NCBI RefSeq assembly: GCF_009914755.1
Contig: NC_060944.1
Strand: one strand, 5' to 3'
DNA length: 64,000 nt
Origin: the human T2T-CHM13v2.0 reference genome, Homo sapiens
Under the pieces are notes generated by a model. The model saw only the letters and a program-made list of their open reading frames with translations, ran no database searches and had not been told where the DNA came from. Position numbers and translations under genes: made by a program. This document shows, piece by piece, positions 59,701 through 64,000 of this stretch. Numbering within the stretch: position 1 is the stretch's first letter; each line of letters opens with the position of its first letter.

Positions 59701-60990
59701 GTGTTCAGATGCCCCTAGCTGCAAGACAAGTCTGCCTACAAGAAGGAAGACTTCGATATGTAGATTTGGAGTGTGGTTTCCTTCACCCATATTAGGAGTG
59801 TGCACGTGGAAGATGCAGTTATTAGGAATACAGGATCAGAAGGCCCAAGGTAAAACACTTGCCCTTCCCCAAGGAATGACTGCTTCATCCAAATACTAAA
59901 AAGTCTCATGAAACAAAATCATCTCCAAAGGGAGCCTGGAATGAAGCTACTGGGCATTGGCCAACTTGCTAGGACTGCTGGAAGAGTGGTGCATGGGGAC
60001 AGAGGTGGACATTTCACTCAGGTAGGGGGAGCTATCACCTGTGGTCAGAACCCAGAGACAAGGGGCAATTTCATCAAGACCAAATTAAAACATTGAGTTA
60101 TGTTTGGTTTGCAGCTGGATGGAATTTTATATGAAGTAACCCAGTCCATTGACCCTAAAATCAGACCTGGGAATGAAAAGTAGAGGGACTGGAATGTTAT
60201 GTTCAAAAGTCCCCCTTCCTTCATCCCTCATTATCCCCATTCTCTAATACACTCCTTTGACAAGTAATGGCTTTGCTCCAGGAGGGAGGGAGCCTGATCC
60301 TAACTGATCCATCACATTCAGAAGAGGAGTCCTACCCAGAGTTAGGCCTCTTTCCAATTAGCCTGGAGACTGGACCTCATCACTAGAATGTGTCACTGGG
60401 ATAGGACAATGGCAAACACACGTCTTGAGAACAGAACTCGTATAGTTAGGATTAAAACTGAGGGTGGTGGAATATCTGATCAGTCCACAGACTTGGGTAT
60501 CAGTGTCCTTCAAAAATCATTTGGGGGCAATTAGGGCATCCTTTTCTCTTGTGATTACCAGATACATGTGACTACCAGAAGGCTGGAGAATACACGTTTA
60601 GCTGATGTAGACATACTAAAGCCTGAGGACTTTTGCAGAGAAAGCCCTGTCCAGATGATGATCAGATTCAGAAAATGCATACCCACTCCACTTAGACTGA
60701 GTAAAATATAGAGCTAGTTCAAGTCTAAAACTCTGTCCTTCACCTAAGGAGATAAAATCTGACCGGGTTCTGTCCATCTTCTGTTTTTAAACTGGCCAAA
60801 GAGGTAGGGACAGAAAGTAACCAAGTATCCACAGAAAGAGTTAGGAAGAGCTAATCTTAGACAGAGACAGGCTGGTGACACTAGCCACATCTGAGTAGCT
60901 AGCACCAGTGTGGAGATAGCAGGTCAGATGGGAGCTGCAATGGAAGCGTCCAGCTTCAGGTAGCAGTGCAGGAGAACTCCTTCCCAAGCC

Positions 60991-61490
60991 TGTATTCATT
61001 GTCTACAGCTGCTATAACCAGTTACCACAAATTCATGGCTTAAAACAACACAAATTACATTTTATCATTCATAAATTCAAAATGGGTCTTGCTGAGCTAA
61101 AATCAAGATATTGGCAGAAGTGCATTTCTTTCTCGAGACTCCCAGGGAGAATCCTTCTCATTAGTATTTCCAGTCTCACAAGGCCATCCTCTTTCTTGGC
61201 TGGTGACCCTTTTTCTTTATCTTCAAAGCCAGCGACAATAGGTTGTGTTCTTACATTGTATCACTCCACCTTTTATCCTCTTCCTTCTCTTCCACATTTT
61301 AAAACCTTGTGATTACACTGGGCTGTCCTGGCTTATGCAGGATGATCTCCATATTTCAAGGTTGGTTGTTTTGCAAGCTGATTTTGTTTCCTTAGTTTTT
61401 CTTGCCATGCCAAATAACACACTACAGGTTCTAGGGACTGTGCTGTGGACATCTTGGGGCTGGATAGAAATCACTATTCTACCTACCACA
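60991..61490 (-). mobile_element. MLT1D-type MaLR solo LTR
   Basis: TGTATT...GCTGCTATAACCAGTTACCACAAA...GCTTAAAACAACAC...CTAAAATCAAG...TTGTGATTACACTGGG...TATTCTACCTACCACA. Confidence 0.88.
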
Positions 61491-62004
61491 AATTCCCTTA
61501 AGAAGCAACAGTTGAACAAACAGGGCCCTGGTAACCTCAACACAGGGATCCACCTGGATCTAGTATCATGAAGAAGAAAAGGCTATCTCACTCAAAGAAA
61601 GTGGGAAAGTGGTAGGAGAGCTGAGTTTTCCCTGAGCCCTACCACGATAGGGTCACACCAAGCCAACCAGCACTTTATTTTTCCCAGAACATCAAGTAGG
61701 TCCTCAAGTGAAGTGCCTACAAAAATATAAGAGGTTGGAACTAAAAGTACTAAATAGTGGGTCACAAGTGACAGGTGTGTTCTTGACAATAAATGACAGA
61801 GAGCTGAGCCACTACCTGAGGTAGAGGCAGGACAGCCTGGGCCAATTTGGCTTAAGGAGCAAAACCCACCCAACCATGCCTGTGTGGTCATCTGTAAGGG
61901 AGGATGCAGAAATGATAAGAAGGAAGATAGCATGTATGGTAAGCACCGAAGCAGGAGCTGGGGAATGTCAGGGCTGATGGAGACAACTTCCATTCCTCAA
62001 TTTT

Positions 62005-62418
62005 TGTCCTAGGTTGGTTCCCCCATAAGCCAATTGTGAAGCAAAGATTTGAGAATAAGCTTTCATGGGAGGTGATACCAACAAATACTGCTATGGGAGG
62101 GGGAGTATGACATGAAAGGGAAGCCAGCCAATGTAGTGTGCTTTTGTGAGCAGGTCATTCATGGGGAACTGGAACTATATCCATGAAGACCTCTAGGAGC
62201 ATTTTCCCATCGGAGGGTGAGAGAAGCTGGGGCATTTATCTATCAACTTTCACTTATCGTTGAAGTCTTCTCCCAAGGCATTAACCTCCCATCACTTTTG
62301 GCCTGCCCTGCATGTGGGCCTAGCATGTCTCCCCAGCCAGTGGAAGCCTAGAGCAGGGAGCAAAATGCATGAATGATAATGAAGGATCTGAGCACAGCAT
62401 CAGTAGCATCTGCTCCAA
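62005..62418 (-). mobile_element. LTR16C-type solo LTR
   Basis: TGTCCTAGGTTGGTTCCCCC...TGGGAGGTGATACC...AGGGAAGCCAGCCAAT...GAAGCTGGGGCATTTATC...GGATCTGAGC..GCATCTGCT. Confidence 0.75.
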
Positions 62419-63734
62419 GGATGGAGGAAGGCAGGATGGGAACTTCCCAGGCTAGGAAGGGTTATAAACAAGAAGACTCAGAGGTTCCCGATGGAAGGCT
62501 CAGGATTGTCCCAAGGGTTCTTTTCAGAGTTCTAGCCCAGTATGTCAAGCAGCATGCAGAAACGAATACCTAACTACTCTTTATATTTGCCTCCCATGTG
62601 CAGACACTTCAGAAAGGTGAAGGCTGAACAAAGGCACACAGTAATTGTGCACAGTAATTGATCTTTCGGGGTGGTATGTATAAAGCCCTCCCCACCAAAT
62701 GGAGTCAGAGAGTTTTTATTTTGATAGCTCCTCAGTAATGGACAGTGGAAGGAAAAGGATACATGGAAAAGAATACTTCAGGGATGGGATTTAATTTGTT
62801 TTCAGACTGTGAGCAATACAGGACAGAAGAGAATAACATTTTTTCCAGAGAAATCTAAGCCGTGTTCATTGTCTAATATCGAAGACTTGCAAAAACACAT
62901 TGAACAGAGGTTAATTGAGAGTATAATATCTGAATCCTACAGCACTATAAATCCTCCATTGTCATGGTCAAGAAGGAATATAGCCAGCACAAAGCCCATA
63001 AAAATGCTAAAGAAGATTAGCACATTTCTGCTTGAATTGAGGACACCTTGGACTGCTTGCTAAGGAACAGTAGCTTTAAGTAAAGGACTCGAAGAGTGTC
63101 CTTAGCTGGTTAGAATAAAGACACAATTTGCCTTCATTTCCCTGTTGGCTTTTACCAATTTACAAAGAGGCCTTGAGGTAAAGGAAAAGATTAATGAGGA
63201 TGTGAAATATATAACAGCATTTGTTTATTTAGATGAGATAATTATTTTCACCAGCACCAGAAGAATAGAAGCAAGGTCCTTTGGATATCTGGTCCCCTCA
63301 GGAAAATAGTTTAATATTGTCCTCAGACATGGGTCAAATTGCCTGCACCTTTGTTAGTGGACACAGAGGTCCCAGTCTGGAGACAGCATTGTCCTTGAAA
63401 CTCTATCCATAATCAACAATTGCCATGAACCAATTGTAGCAAACTCAGAAAGAAAGAAAAATTGCTTCAGAGGTTTATAGAGGTTTTTAGAGTATTCCTA
63501 AATTACAGACCTCACAATATCTTAAAGCAGGGTTGAATTTGGAAGGCTGAGCCCTTCCAAAAAGAAAGGAAAAGATCATAGGATAAATAATACTCATTAT
63601 CATCAACCCGCCTCAATCCATTAATTATAAAGAATTTTAAACTATCTTAGGGAGTTTTATCCAAGATTTGCCGAGGAATAACTCCAGGTTGGTAAGGCAC
63701 CCAGCTATTTAAAGCAGATTTTTTAAATGATTAA

Positions 63735-64000
63735 TTCTTTTTCAAATAATTTTATTAAGTTCAGCAGTATATGTGCGGTTTGTTACATACGTAAATGTGT
63801 GTTGTGGAAGTTTTTTGTACAGGTTATTTCATCATCCAGGTATTAAGCCTAGTAGCAGCAGTTATTTTCTCCACCCTCTGACAGTGTGTGTTGTTCTCCT
63901 CTATGTGTCCATGTGTTCTCATCATTTAGCTTCACTTATAAGAGAACATGCAGTGACTGATTTTCTGTTCCAACCCTAGTTTGCTAAGGATGATGGCCTC
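63735..64000 (-). mobile_element. L1PA13-15-like 3' end (runs off the window)
   Basis: TTAAGTTCAG...TTGTACAGGTTATTTCATCATCCAGGTATTAAGCCTAGTA...CATCATTTAGCT.CACTTATAAG. Confidence 0.85.

Noticed and set aside
62790-63063. Acceptor-like TTTGTTTTCAG at 62805 followed by an 84-aa frame
   Set aside because: No convincing donor or recognisable peptide; non-ATG start

Overview
Primate (probably hominoid, human-like) genomic DNA: CpG-depleted, repeat-rich, intergenic or deep-intronic. I find no protein-coding host gene, RNA gene or CRISPR array, and no evidence for a novel biological system. Every long ORF in the track is a broken LINE-1 ORF1/ORF2, an Alu/L2 read-through or a CT-microsatellite artefact. 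Over half of the window is recognisable transposon sequence: 5 Alu dimers plus 1 monomer, several L1PA insertions (a ~5.1 kb plus-strand L1PA6-like element and a ~4.2 kb minus-strand L1PA4-like element), old L1MA/MC/MD pieces forming an 11 kb nested plus-strand L1 stack (28.2-39.1 kb), many ancient ERVL/MaLR LTRs (LTR16, LTR33, MLT1), an ERVL internal remnant, L2, MIR and a MADE1. Subfamily names come from recalled consensus motifs, not a RepeatMasker run, so treat them and the boundaries of old elements as approximate. The best observations are mechanistic: an L1 3' transduction with its own poly(A) signal and TSD (11.76-13.6 kb); an L1 truncated at both ends, lacking a tail and TSD, that keeps the antisense promoter region, a fused ORF0 start and an open endonuclease ORF; two templated-insertion repair scars; a probable gene-converted Alu; and a repeat-poor block at 41.4-45.7 kb with CpG retention and clustered STAT motifs.
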